Positions 38,801-50,805 of a DNA stretch of 64,000 bases are shown here, piece after piece (the first letter of the stretch is position 1; every line of letters starts with the position of its first letter). The stretch comes from Alloascoidea hylecoeti (Eukaryota): NCBI GenBank assembly GCA_001600815.1, contig BCKZ01000006.1, forward strand, positions 683,048 to 747,047, read 5' to 3'. The notes beneath the pieces are model-generated. The model was not told the origin of the DNA. It searched no databases and was given only the letters and a program-made list of their open reading frames with translations. The position numbers and the translations under genes were made by a program.

Positions 38801-41800
38801 AATGATCTTTAAGCTAAAACTATTACAATTGGAGTGTTGTTTAATTATTGGTAATGCAAATCAATCAAACGAGCTATTATCGTCGATTTTAAAATTTGTT
38901 GACTCTACTTCTGATTCTGTCATAAAAATTCCAGTTCAATTCGATATGAACGAAATTGTGAAACAAGAGTTTAATCTTGATTTATCATACTTAAGCCATC
39001 TCTCTTCACTTTTAATGAATTTAAATGGTAAATGTTGTGAAGCAATCATCCACTCGAAACGATCAATTAAAATTTCAAGAACTCTATTATCTAAAATAAA
39101 TTCGGTATCAATCACTAGTTCAAACTATTATACCATATTACGTTTAAAATGGAATTTATCACATCAGATTGTTTCAAGTTTTCTACAAACTTCTGTATCA
39201 TATTGTAATATTGGTATGGGTCATGATGCTGAATTTTATATCCAAGAGGCTTTAAAAATATTGATGGTTAATAAATGGTGTCAATCATCAATATTATTTA
39301 AGTTATCGTGCGTTGAATTTTATACTTCATTCGATAAAGTACAACTTGCAATGGATTTGATTAATGAAATTGAAGAAGAATGGGGAAAAATTAATTTTGA
39401 TGATAAATGGGTCACTTTATGTTATTATAAAGCATGCGCACTGCTCTATCATAAAATTGGCGACAATACGAATGAAATGTCATCCTATTCAAAAATATCC
39501 GAGATGATGAATGAAGAACATATAATTGAACAATTCAAAACTTTATCGATTTCAACAGCATCAGAGAATGACTCATTAGAGTCATCAAGTAATAATGATA
39601 TTACAAACTTTAATAATCTGATGACTCCCGTTTATAAATCCGGTCTTTTGGAAAAAGGAGAATTTCCAAAACTTCTACGTTTAAAAACTGATATTATGAA
39701 TCAAACTTCAAAATATGATTTACTCCTTAAGTATGATTCATTAGACCCAGATAAAAATGAAATCAATAAATTTGATTTACAATCAGCCGATAAAGCAACT
39801 TATAAAAGTAAAATGTTAAAGGATGTTATATTATATCATATTGCAATAGCAAGAAAAAACTTAGCACAGGCTAAAAGAGTCCTATCTACGGATCCAATTT
39901 TTTCAATATTACGTGATTCAGCAATATCAGTTCCATCTATATCAGGTTTAAACGAACAGGTTATTGCAAAAAGTGGATTTAATCCTCTAACACCAAGTAA
40001 TACTAAATCAAGAGGGAAAAAAGTTACACATAGTAAATCTATAACACCAAATGTGAAGGTTCCAAAATATTCATCAAAGCAGGAAAGTAAGTGTGTCACT
40101 GATGCAACTGAATATTTAACAATTGCTAAAGATCTATTTCTTGATTGTTCAAAGAAAGCATTTCTTGTGTGCACTACTGCTGAAATCCATGATATTGCGA
40201 AACTACTACATACATCATTAACAACATTATCTGCTGTATCACCATGCTATACATTAAGTATACTGTCGACATTTGCTGAAATTATGGAGATTCCCAGAAT
40301 TATCCCATTACATTATGAGAAGCAATTATCATTATATAATCAACAACAACAATTACTTCAACAGCAGCAGCAGCAAAGCAGACATTTTTACCTTCCATCT
40401 GATATTGAATCTTTTTCATTGCCCGTTGAGTTTTTGAATGATAAATTCGAAAAGAAAACAATTGAATTATTGCCACGTAATTGGTCAGTTATTTCAATTG
40501 ATATCTGCCCATATACTGGAGACTTATTATTATCTAAATATAATTCAAAAACAACACCATTTATTATTAGATTACCAACAAATAGACAAATGACAGAGGA
40601 TAATGATGAGAGTTTTTCGTTTTCTGATGGATTGAAAGAATTGTATAAGATAATTGAAGAAAGTGATGAAACCGCGCGACGGCCCAAGAACGGTGACATT
40701 AAAACCAAAGAAGATCGAAAATTATGGTGGAACGATAGATATGAATTGGATAATAAGTTACAAAAATTATTACATGATGCAGAATATTGTTGGCTAGGTG
40801 GATTTAGAGGAATCTTTCAGCAGAAGAAAAGAGATTCTGCACTGATGGGTAAATTCCGCCATTCCTTTGTTAAAACATTAAAGAAATATTTACCATCGAG
40901 AAGATTAACCAGAAATCGCAATCGTGGTACCGCCGGTAAAAGGAAAGGCAATTTAGGAGATACTACACAAAGTGAAAATGAAAAAGGTAGGAAGAAAAAA
41001 TTAACAATTAATGATCTAAGCTCAGAAGGTCAATTAGAGATTGATGATAGAGTATTAGAACTATTCATTGGTCTCGGAGACCCAACGAACTGGGAAGGTA
41101 CAGAATTATTAGAAGATTTAATATATTTTGTACTCGATATTCTTTTATTTCACGGAGAACAAAATGCATATGATGAAATCGATATTGATCAGTTATATGT
41201 TGAAATTGAAGAAAGTTTAAAAATATATCACAATGAGGTTGAAAGACTACAGCATTCAGATGTGATCAGCGATTATGAAGAAGCGTCTGTTATAGACCAT
41301 ACAATATTGGTATTGGGTAAAGAATGCCATAGTTTTCCGTGGGAATCATTGCCTTGTCTACGACAATTATCAATTTCTAGAATGCCTTCTTTGATGCTAC
41401 TCGAGAATTTATTACAAAATTATAGAGATGGAGATTTTTCAAATGACTATAATGATATGTGTATATCAGTTTCCTCATCTAAAGGCGGAAAATTTATATT
41501 AAATCCTGGGGGGGATTTAAAACGTACAGAAGATATTTTCAGACCTGAGTTTGTAAAGCTTGGATCTGATTGGAGTGGATTGATTAATGAGAAACCTACC
41601 GAAGAGCAGGTACTCAGTTCTATTAGTGAGTCTTCTATTTACATATATATCGGACATGGTGGAGGGGAGCAATACGTCAGAAGCAGTAAAATTAAACAAT
41701 TACCTCACTGCAGCCCTACCTTTTTACTTGGGTGTAGTTCTGGTAAATTAAATAATGGTGGTGAATTTGAACCTTGGGGTACATCATTTGCCTATTTAAT

Positions 41801-42029
41801 TGCTGGGTGTCCGATGTTAGTTGCTAATATGTGGGATGTTACGGACAAAGATATCGATAGATTCAGTATTTCGATGTTAGAGAAATGGGGATTATTCAAC
41901 CACAAGAAAGATAGCACCAAAATGAATATAGCAGAATCGGTTGCTAATTCGCGAAATGAATGCATGTTAAAGTTTTTAAATGGAGCTGCTCCTGTTATTT
42001 ATGGATTACCTCTCCAGTTACAATTATAA
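35881..42029 (+). CDS. ESP1: Separase; intron 37117-37169
   Basis: C50 peptidase motifs WWNDRYELD, CWLGGFRG, FPWESLP, YIGHGGGEQY, LLGCSSG, ANMWDVTDKDIDRF; GTAAGT..TACTAAT..TAG intron joins the two ORFs in frame. Confidence 0.93.
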
Positions 42030-42199
42030 TACATTATAAAATACAATGTTAATTATATATTATTATTTATTTACTATACATCAACCCTAAATATCCTTTT
42101 ATATCCACTTCCCTCTTGGCCATAATGATAATTTTACATATATGCCTATATAATCCTCTTATTTAAATCGTTCTTATATCCAATTTAAAAAAACTTGTG

Positions 42200-42600
42200 A
42201 GGAATGGTCGCTTACCTATAGACAAGAAGAGTTGTATAGGGTGAAGTACCAGAAAATTATCTCGAAATTTCATACCCGTAAAACTTCTTAAAATACCCAA
42301 CTCCGTAACAAAATAGCGTATAGCAAAACCAAAAATATGCCCATTGAGAAAGGCTCAAAACTTAGAAGACGCGATTGCTATGTAATTTTCCTACGACGAG
42401 GAGAGTAAAGACTACAGCTTTCATTTTGTAACGACTCAATTTACTGTCAGACCGTAATTCCCAGTTATCACGCATCATGTAGGTGGCTATCTCAAGTGGA
42501 ATAAGAATTTTCCGTTATCACTTGTTGAAACGGTTACAATATTAATTTTTGTGGATACGCAATGATTTTCTTTAAATTTAAAAACATGAGTAGAATCGTA
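42200..42600 (+). pseudogene. Degenerate dispersed-repeat relic (LRNKIA copy)
   Basis: ctccgtaacaaaatagcg at 42301; tacccgtaaa block shared with 20571; acctat..ttgtatagg shared with ~2395. Confidence 0.4.
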
Positions 42601-44254
42601 CAGCTCTTGCTGAGATAATTGATTGCTGGTAAATAATATCATTTCGTATCCACAAATATTACTGTTGTCGTGAAGAAATATTGTTATTTTTGACAATAAC
42701 AACAATATGATTGTCATCAATTCTCGTAGCATTAAGTAAATATATCGTTTAGTGTTATATATTAATATGAACTAATCACAAGACATCGAAGGCAGTCACT
42801 CTCCAGAAAATATATTTAAGAAAATGTAGATCACTCAATAACTTGTTATGTCCTTTTAACTCGGATATACAAAGGTTGGGGGTCAGGTGGAAAAGTCGAT
42901 CAAATAAGTCTAGTCCCAAAATACATTATTGTTGGTCTTTTCCAGCAAAATTAGTAATTGTCTTATTAAAAGAATGATACTATTCAACTCTATACAGCTT
43001 CTTTCCGGTAACTTTCTACTTTTGTTTCGCCAGTAGTACGTCATGATCACAATTCTTCTTTCACATGTTTGTGCTTCTGCAACATATCATACGTTCATCG
43101 ATATCGATATCTTAAAAAAGGGATTTCTCGCAAGTCTTTTAACTCTATTTAAAATTGGATATACGAAATATTGAGATGAGAGAATTATAATATATATAAG
43201 GCCTTCATATATGTAGAATTACCATGATTGCCCAGAGGGAAGTGGTGAAAAAAGGGTGTAGAGGTATATAACTTATAGAGTTGATTTCAAATTTTTATAA
43301 ACGTTAACTAATTTCGGATTATGTTATGTTTATTACTGATTAGAGTCTTATAGGGGTGATACCCCTATCAATATTGATTGTTATTATATTGCTATAATAT
43401 AAATAATTATAAGGCGAAATTTTACATAAACTTAAGCTTACCGGTAACTTTTCATTGCCATGAACGATAATATATTAGAAATTTAATTTAGGATTATAAC
43501 AATTTAATTAATATCAATATTGATTATATGCCATTTAAATTGTGGTGTATATACAATTTCAATGTTTTACATATAATTAAGGCTTTTTAGGTTTAAGCTT
43601 AACTTCCAATAGAGTTATATACTTGCTTAACATTACTTGGATATTCTGCAGTGTATTAAAACAGAGTAAAGTTAATTATAATTGCATGTGATCCGATAAG
43701 CTGCCAATTGCATATAATATGCATTGAAACAACTTTTTTAAACAGACCTCGAGAGTTCGTGAATTTAAGCTTATCTTTATAATTACGATTATATAAAATA
43801 GTAATTATAATTATAATGATTTCTTTCTTTCTATATAACATGTTATATCCATATCATAACACCTAAGTGTAATTCAAAAATAAAAAAGGAGCTCGAGTAA
43901 CAAAACATGAAAATTCGAAATGAAAAATGAAAAATAGAATACTAAATGATCACCAATTATTAATATATAAAATTGTAAAAAAACCGTTCCAAAAGAAATT
44001 ATGCCGCTGACCAATCTGGAACATTAGTTAACAAAATTGGATATAGTAAAATAGAATCTTTTAAATTTTGATACATGCAGATAATTGATATTAATATTTG
44101 AAATTCATATATGTATATCTTGATTAATTATTATTATTATTATAACTTTATAATTCGAAAGTATAACATCATCTTTTTATTTTAAAATCCCAATGTGTAC
44201 AATATAGTATCATTATATTTGAAGTTCGCCTTACAATTAGGAATCTAAATGTAG

Positions 44255-45851
44255 TTAAACATTCTCAGTTGTAGTTTGTGTTTGTGTGACAATCGTTATA
44301 TCTGAAGAGGGTTTGTTCGGATCCATAGTCAAAGTTGGTGGAGACGATCTAGAGCTTTCTGAGCTTTCTGTTGAAATTCTCAGTAACTTCTCCTGTTCTA
44401 ATAGTTTGATTGTCTCTTGTATATCCTCTTCAGAATCTTGTTCATCACGATCAGTATTACTGTTTACCTGTGAATTGGATTCCGACTCATTGTGTACACC
44501 AATATTGATGGAAGTTGATGTTAGGGGTGATAGTTGATCATTTCTAATATTAATATCACCTTTTATTAATGATGCGGGGCCGGGCGTTGTAGATTCTTGT
44601 GCACAGTCTTTGACATTTCTTTGTTCCGATTGAAATTGATCTTCATGATCATTATATCCAGCTATAATATATTGCTTAATAAAAGATAATTTAGAGCCTT
44701 TCGTCATGTTATCATTATCCAATATGTTAATTAAAAAATGATCTTGTTTTAGTTTATTAGAAACAATCGTAAATTCAGAGTTCGTTAATTGATGATTTAA
44801 CAGAAATTCTGCTAATAATTGACCTGTATTTCCGTAAGCCTTGTATTTTAAATATTTCATTTCAAGTGCCTTTTGAAGTGCTTCTGACATTACTCTTTTT
44901 TTATTCGGCCTATTAAGAGCATGTAGATCCTTAATTTCATCTCTGTACCTAGACCTTTTTTGAGCAGCTGTAGTAATTGTAGTTGGAGTGGATCTTGACG
45001 TTATTGGTGAATTTCTATGTGTCTTTGAAATTGTTAAAGTTGAGGTTGAAGCCTGAAATGGCAAAGGTTGATTAATGGTAGCGTATGATGAAGATGGTTG
45101 ATTAAGAACTGACGGATTTTCATGATCATGATCAGCGTTTATATTAAGAGAGTCAAAATCTTCATCATTATCATTATCTGAATGATCGTGGGTAGAGATA
45201 TTTTTGGTTTTACTAAATTCAGAGAATTCAGTGGAATCGTTTAATGTTATTAAATGTTTATCTATTTTATTAAGATACTTGAAGAAACCAGGCATAAAGA
45301 GTTTTCTTAACCAATCTCGTTTTTTAGCTGAATACCCATCTACAATAGCTCCGTCAGGCCCACGACCATTTATAAATTCATCTAAAGATTCTTCATCTAA
45401 TACGAAATAACTCTCATCTGAATTCCAAGTGAAAGTCGTTGCCTTTTTTCGAATTTCACTCCATGATTTATGATATCCTAATAACTAAAATACAGTAAAA
45501 AAGTGTTATTATTTTTGTATAATAATGAATTTTAATCATAGGATTGATGCTGAGATCAAAATCTAAAATCTTAAAATGCGTCTGTGAATCGCAAAGCCAT
45601 CCATCCATAAAAAGTATCATACATACGATTCTAAAATGTTGTAGGACTTTCTGTCTTGTAAATTTTTCTTTTGATTCGGGAAAAGTTTTTATTAATTCCT
45701 GAATAATGTGTCTCCATGAAGTTCCAGAAAATTCACCATCTCTTCTATAGTAAGGGTCTGAATCGGAAAAAGAGACGAGGAGGTCAATAAGCGCATTGTC
45801 CATCAAGTTTTCCCAACGAGCATGGTTTGGTTTGCGACGTTCTTCAGACAT
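44255..45851 (-). CDS. Myb/SANT-like DNA-binding domain protein; intron 45626-45485
   Basis: ARWENLMDNALIDLL...GEFSGTSWRHIIQEL...FTRQKVLQHFRI|LLGYHKSWSEIRKKATTFTWN; spliced frame runs into the 45295 ORF. Confidence 0.7.
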
Positions 45852-46143
45852 AATCATAATATTAATCAAAATAGATATGAAAAGTTGAAGTATAATTAGT
45901 TGTACGTATATTTGCAATACCTAAAGGGATATAACCAAGAAATGCAAAAAAAAATAAAAGAAATTAAACCTTTAAATATCCATAATAATTTGTAGAACTG
46001 CAGCTGGAAGAAGTCTCAGTTAAATTTATAAAAGTTCAAACAATGATGGTTATGTAAGCGGATCATGTAAGAAAAAAGTAAATGCATTATAATTATGTTA
46101 TAATATATAAAATAATATAATACATAATATTTATATTTATATT

Positions 46144-47190
46144 TTAAATGTTATGTTCTTTGTAAAATGCCAGTTTGACCAGTTCGAATACTAACTCCTG
46201 GGTTGCAGAATTTGTAAGGAATACAATGACTCCTTCATTATCATTTGATTCTGATTCGTATGAAAACAAATTCTGGATTCTTTTTAAAGTGGTAGCATTT
46301 ACTAATCTTGGTACATCTATTATTGGAACTCTAAAATCTTGATTTGTGCCTTCTTCAGTGATATTTGCTTTTTCGAGTTTCAGTAAATCTGCTAACCAGG
46401 AATCGGTTTTTTCTGTATTATGATCTTTCAAGTTTGAATTTGATCTTAAAATCAACATGACACTATTTTTTCTTCTTATTTTATTGGCACTATTATCCCA
46501 AAAATCAAATTTTAGTTTTCCAGTGTTTTTAATTCCTTCCACATCTAAAATGCACTCTTTAAGCTCTGCTTCTATCATTCTATTTATAGCCTCTGATTCG
46601 TCTTCAGGGTATTTAATATCGTTAACTACTTTCTTTGATATTATATTTCCTGATTGTTTAATAAGATCAAAGGGTAAATATGTCTTCAATCCCTTTTTCC
46701 ATATTGTTTTGAAATTGTCAATATATATTTGTTTTCGATAGATATAAGAAACTTGTCTTCCTGTTTTACATCCCTTAGATAATGGCATTAACCATCTTTG
46801 ATCCTCATAATCTCCAACGATTCCAAGTGGTATTAATAGGGCTCTAGGAACAAGTGGTCGTGATCTTGAATAGATACCAGTTGATAGTGTTCTTTCCATG
46901 CGAATACTTGATTTTAAAATTTTACCAAATGGATTAGACTCAAGATCATGGTCAATTGAGTATGTAGAACCCTTTGAATTATTTGCCGAGTTGATATATG
47001 CTCTACTTGTACTTTTACCTTTTAATTTTTCAAATAATGATAATATTTCATTTTTATCAATTGCTGGTGGATTCGGTTTATACTTTTTATGTAAGTTTGG
47101 AGGTGAAACAGACGAATCAATTAAATTTGCTTTGCTTAATCTCCAGGTGATATTTTTGGCAGCTTGAAGTAATTTATCAGGTTTTTTCAT
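46144..47190 (-). CDS. Probable mitochondrial Rrg8-like protein
   Basis: SNPFGKILKSSIRMER...LVPRALL motif recalled from Rrg8-type proteins; position near ESP1 fits recalled yeast synteny. Confidence 0.5.
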   Translation of the reverse strand: MKKPDKLLQAAKNITWRLSKANLIDSSVSPPNLHKKYKPNPPAIDKNEILSLFEKLKGKSTSRAYINSANNSKGSTYSIDHDLESNPFGKILKSSIRMERTLSTGIYSRSRPLVPRALLIPLGIVGDYEDQRWLMPLSKGCKTGRQVSYIYRKQIYIDNFKTIWKKGLKTYLPFDLIKQSGNIISKKVVNDIKYPEDESEAINRMIEAELKECILDVEGIKNTGKLKFDFWDNSANKIRRKNSVMLILRSNSNLKDHNTEKTDSWLADLLKLEKANITEEGTNQDFRVPIIDVPRLVNATTLKRIQNLFSYESESNDNEGVIVFLTNSATQELVFELVKLAFYKEHNI

Positions 47191-47352
47191 TATCAATTAT
47201 ATCGATGAATTCTTATTTTTGTGACACAAAAGCAAACTTCCGTACACCCCATAATTTCAACAAATAGAGAATATCGATTTCAATTTCAAACTTAAGTAAC
47301 AATAGATTTTTATACACATAAATATATATTCGAACATTATTATTTCAATCTC

Positions 47353-48246
47353 ATGAATAATTTGAAAATGTTACGAATACTACGACCAAGGATAATAAAT
47401 AAGGAGATAAGGTCCTTCTCAACCTCCAATTCCATGAGCTACCCACAATTCCAAGATTCCGAGGGTTTGAAAATACTGAAAAATATGTTTCGACAGGTAA
47501 TGAGTACAACTTCTCATCAAGGTAACTATTTATTATAATACAGTAATTTAATATAATCATAAATTATACTAATCGATCAAACTCTCGTTATATTAATGAT
47601 ATTAGCTATAATTTTAACAACTCTAACGGACACAACGGCCCAGGATGCAAGAGGGATGACATTATCATCAGTGACATCTCTTTCCATTCACCCCGAACCT
47701 TTAGTCCAATTCAACATGCAAATACCATCGAGGACAAGCGAGGCCTTACATTCAAGGAATTTGTTTGCACTGAATTTTTTAACACCAACGAATGGATCTA
47801 TACAGAAGCTTCGGAGATTTTCACAGGCTATAAACCCAAAATTAAGGCAGTCACAAGTTAAAATTGACGAACAGGATCATGATCTTTATCACGATCCTTT
47901 TTTAAGTACAAATGATTTTATATATGCAAATGGGAATTTTATCAAAGAAGAGTCAATTTCTGATACTAATACAGAAATAAATTGGGAGAAAGCGTTAAGT
48001 ATGGAAATTCCATCATCAGGCTCTTGGATCCCAACGATAGCAAATGCCGCACACGTTATTTATTGTGATATTTATAAGACCTTTACAGTGAATGATCATG
48101 AGATTTGGGTTGCTAAGATATTGGCAATTGAAAAAAGAAATGAGGCAAAGGGAGGAGTATTATTTCATAATCATGGATTCCATGGAATAGGTGAAAAGAT
48201 AGATGACCTATGGCCTAAATCTAAGGCTAAAATTGGTTCCAGATAA
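47353..48246 (+). CDS. Flavin reductase-like FMN-binding protein, probably mitochondrial; intron 47522-47605
   Basis: Arg-rich presequence, ARGMTLSSVTSLSIHPEPLVQFN, DHEIWVAKI. Confidence 0.8.
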
Positions 48247-48436
48247 TTATAAATAGTTTTAATAATATTCATCATCTTTGTAAATTGATCATAGAACTTT
48301 AACATCAAATTTGGTTAATACCTGATCTTTAGTTAGTTGTCTGTACCAATAATACTATAGTTTTAATACTCTTTCTTTATACCATTATAAATTGTTGTTC
48401 ATAAGCATGATAATCACAAATTAAAATTAATATTTC

Positions 48437-50596
48437 TTATAGAAGCATTGTATTAGTAATACTTCGAGAGTCTTCCAAAGGACTTGAGTCGATATTAAGC
48501 AGATTTGACTTTAATTTTTCACTTATTGTAGGGGAAGAATTAGTATTAGATATTGGTAAAATATTATTATTAGTGTTTAAATTTAAACCTGATGTCTCAA
48601 ACCGCTGAATCTCATTTGCATAATATTGTATTTTAGATTTGAGTTCTTCACATTTTTGTTCGATCCTTGCAATCCCATTTGTAAATTCTTTAAATACATT
48701 ATCTCTCCGTATTTTTCTTTTGTTTCTTTCAGTTGCTCTTTCATATATAAAAGAGTTTTTAGAAGTAATTAATTCATTATTCATTTTTTTAACTTCATCA
48801 TTTAATTTTTCACTCTTTTTAATCAATTTGTTCAATTTAACTGTATAAACGTTATCTTTATCATTTTCTAAATTACTGATATTCTTATCATTGCTTTCCT
48901 TTAAAATTCGAAACTCATCTTCAAGTTTATTGAGTTTTCTTTCCATTGGTTCCCATTCTCTCTTACATTTGAGATGCTCATCTTTAATCGACTCCTCTTT
49001 TATAATTAAAGCTTCTAAATCATTCTTTATTGAATCGTGTGCTTCTTGTATTGCTTTAACCTGACCACGTAGAGATAAGATTTTTCTCCAACTTCTTTCA
49101 TCATTACTATTTGAATTACCAATATTTGATCTTAGCGTTGTGATTTCTGATTTTAATTTATTTAGCGACTTGGAATCCTTATTTCGGATCTTCTTCAAAT
49201 TTTGTTTTGCTTCAACTATTGAACTTTTCGCAATTTCTAAAGCTGAACGAAGTGTTGATTCACCTGATGATTTTCCTTTACACTGTGGAGACAAGAATGT
49301 TGGAGGAATTTGAAGGGAATTTAATGATGAAGAGGATTTTGGTGGAGTTGTTGTAACAGAACAAGATCCAATTATTTTTCTATTTTGCAGATTTTGTGCT
49401 GGAGATATTTGTACTATTTCAATATCGTATTGGGTTAGAGGCGCTAAACCTCCAACTATTATATATTCATTATCATTATTAATTTCATTATCAGTTTCAT
49501 TTCCGGTATCGTTTCCATTTCGATTAGAGGTATCATTATTGCTTTTATCTTCATTTTCATTGTCATTTTCATTGACATTGAGATCTTCATCTTCATTTTG
49601 ATGAAATGAATTCGTTAGCGTAACTTGAGTTTTTGGCCATATAATTCCATTAACACATACTTGAATCTCCATAATCTTTGGACATTTAATAGAAAGTTCG
49701 AACCCAACCGAAGACTCACCAAGATAACAAACAAAACAATCTTCATTGTTATTAGTATTAGTATTGGCATCAGTATCGGTATCAATATTAGCTAGAGCTT
49801 CATCATAGTTCAGTGATGAGTTATATCCAATAACTTTTTTGGAATTTGACTCTAACGTAGATTCTGATTCTAATGCAGCAATCAATGCTCCTAAAATCGA
49901 CCATATTGGTTGAGATTGAAATTGTTTTGAACTTTTTTTTTTTCGTTCAATAACTGAAAAAATATAGGTTCGGAAATTCCTAATCGATGTATTATCATAA
50001 TCGTAAACATCGTTATAGTAATCACCATTTAATATAGGCTTTGTGATATCGATGGAGGGATATACCCGTCTTTCCGAATTATTATTATTATTGTTTGTCG
50101 TTGTATCAATTGATTTTTTCCTTAAACATGTCCAAATGGTATGGATAACAGCGGCTGAGTATAAAATAGATGTGAATCCTGTATCAACAAGACGTTCATT
50201 TGAAAAATATGCAAATAGAGAGAATAAGGCAACTGTCATCTGAGTCGCTACACGAGGGTCGCAACCAGTTATCTCAGTGGAAACGAGGACATGGGCAAAG
50301 ATACACATTCCCGTCATACACTTCATCAGATCGTAGTAGTAGAATAGACGTGTGAATGCATAAGAAGTTGCAATCTCGACCAAGTTGAGAAGAAAGAGAT
50401 GCCAACTGTAAAGGTGCTTCTGATTTGTGGAGTTTCTTGAAGAGTTCTTATAAATTAAGTGTTCTAACGTTCGGTAAATAAGAGAGGTTCCATTATGAGT
50501 TGATCCCAACAGGAAGACCAAAGACATTATGTGAGGCATTTTGAGTGAGACACATGCTAGAGCCAAGGCATCCAGGACTGGATAATTGCCCTTCAT
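48437..50596 (-). CDS. Membrane + FN3-like + coiled-coil protein (Nnf2/AcrB-like)
   Basis: N-terminal TMs, QPIWSIL, VCVNGIIW, IVGGLAPLTQYDIEI, long C-terminal coiled coil. Confidence 0.6.
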   Translation of the reverse strand: MKGNYPVLDALALACVSLKMPHIMSLVFLLGSTHNGTSLIYRTLEHLIYKNSSRNSTNQKHLYSWHLFLLNLVEIATSYAFTRLFYYYDLMKCMTGMCIFAHVLVSTEITGCDPRVATQMTVALFSLFAYFSNERLVDTGFTSILYSAAVIHTIWTCLRKKSIDTTTNNNNNNSERRVYPSIDITKPILNGDYYNDVYDYDNTSIRNFRTYIFSVIERKKKSSKQFQSQPIWSILGALIAALESESTLESNSKKVIGYNSSLNYDEALANIDTDTDANTNTNNNEDCFVCYLGESSVGFELSIKCPKIMEIQVCVNGIIWPKTQVTLTNSFHQNEDEDLNVNENDNENEDKSNNDTSNRNGNDTGNETDNEINNDNEYIIVGGLAPLTQYDIEIVQISPAQNLQNRKIIGSCSVTTTPPKSSSSLNSLQIPPTFLSPQCKGKSSGESTLRSALEIAKSSIVEAKQNLKKIRNKDSKSLNKLKSEITTLRSNIGNSNSNDERSWRKILSLRGQVKAIQEAHDSIKNDLEALIIKEESIKDEHLKCKREWEPMERKLNKLEDEFRILKESNDKNISNLENDKDNVYTVKLNKLIKKSEKLNDEVKKMNNELITSKNSFIYERATERNKRKIRRDNVFKEFTNGIARIEQKCEELKSKIQYYANEIQRFETSGLNLNTNNNILPISNTNSSPTISEKLKSNLLNIDSSPLEDSRSITNTMLL

Positions 50597-50805
50597 CTTC
50601 ACCAAAATTGAAAAGGGGATGCTGGTGGATCTTTAATTTTGGGAGGTGTATAAACACGTGATTAAATAGTATATCTACAACGAAATATTTTGGTCCAAAT
50701 TACCGAAATTAAGTGGAAAACTGTAAATTTATATATTACCAAGAATTCATTATAAAGTAATGTCGTCGTATAGATTATTTCACGTTATCATTAAAACTTA
50801 TATCA

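Noticed and set aside
35881..42029. ESP1 split or frameshifted into two ORFs
   Set aside because: Explained by a canonical 53-nt intron
45485..45626. Intronic snoRNA in the long Myb-gene intron
   Set aside because: No convincing C/D or H/ACA boxes
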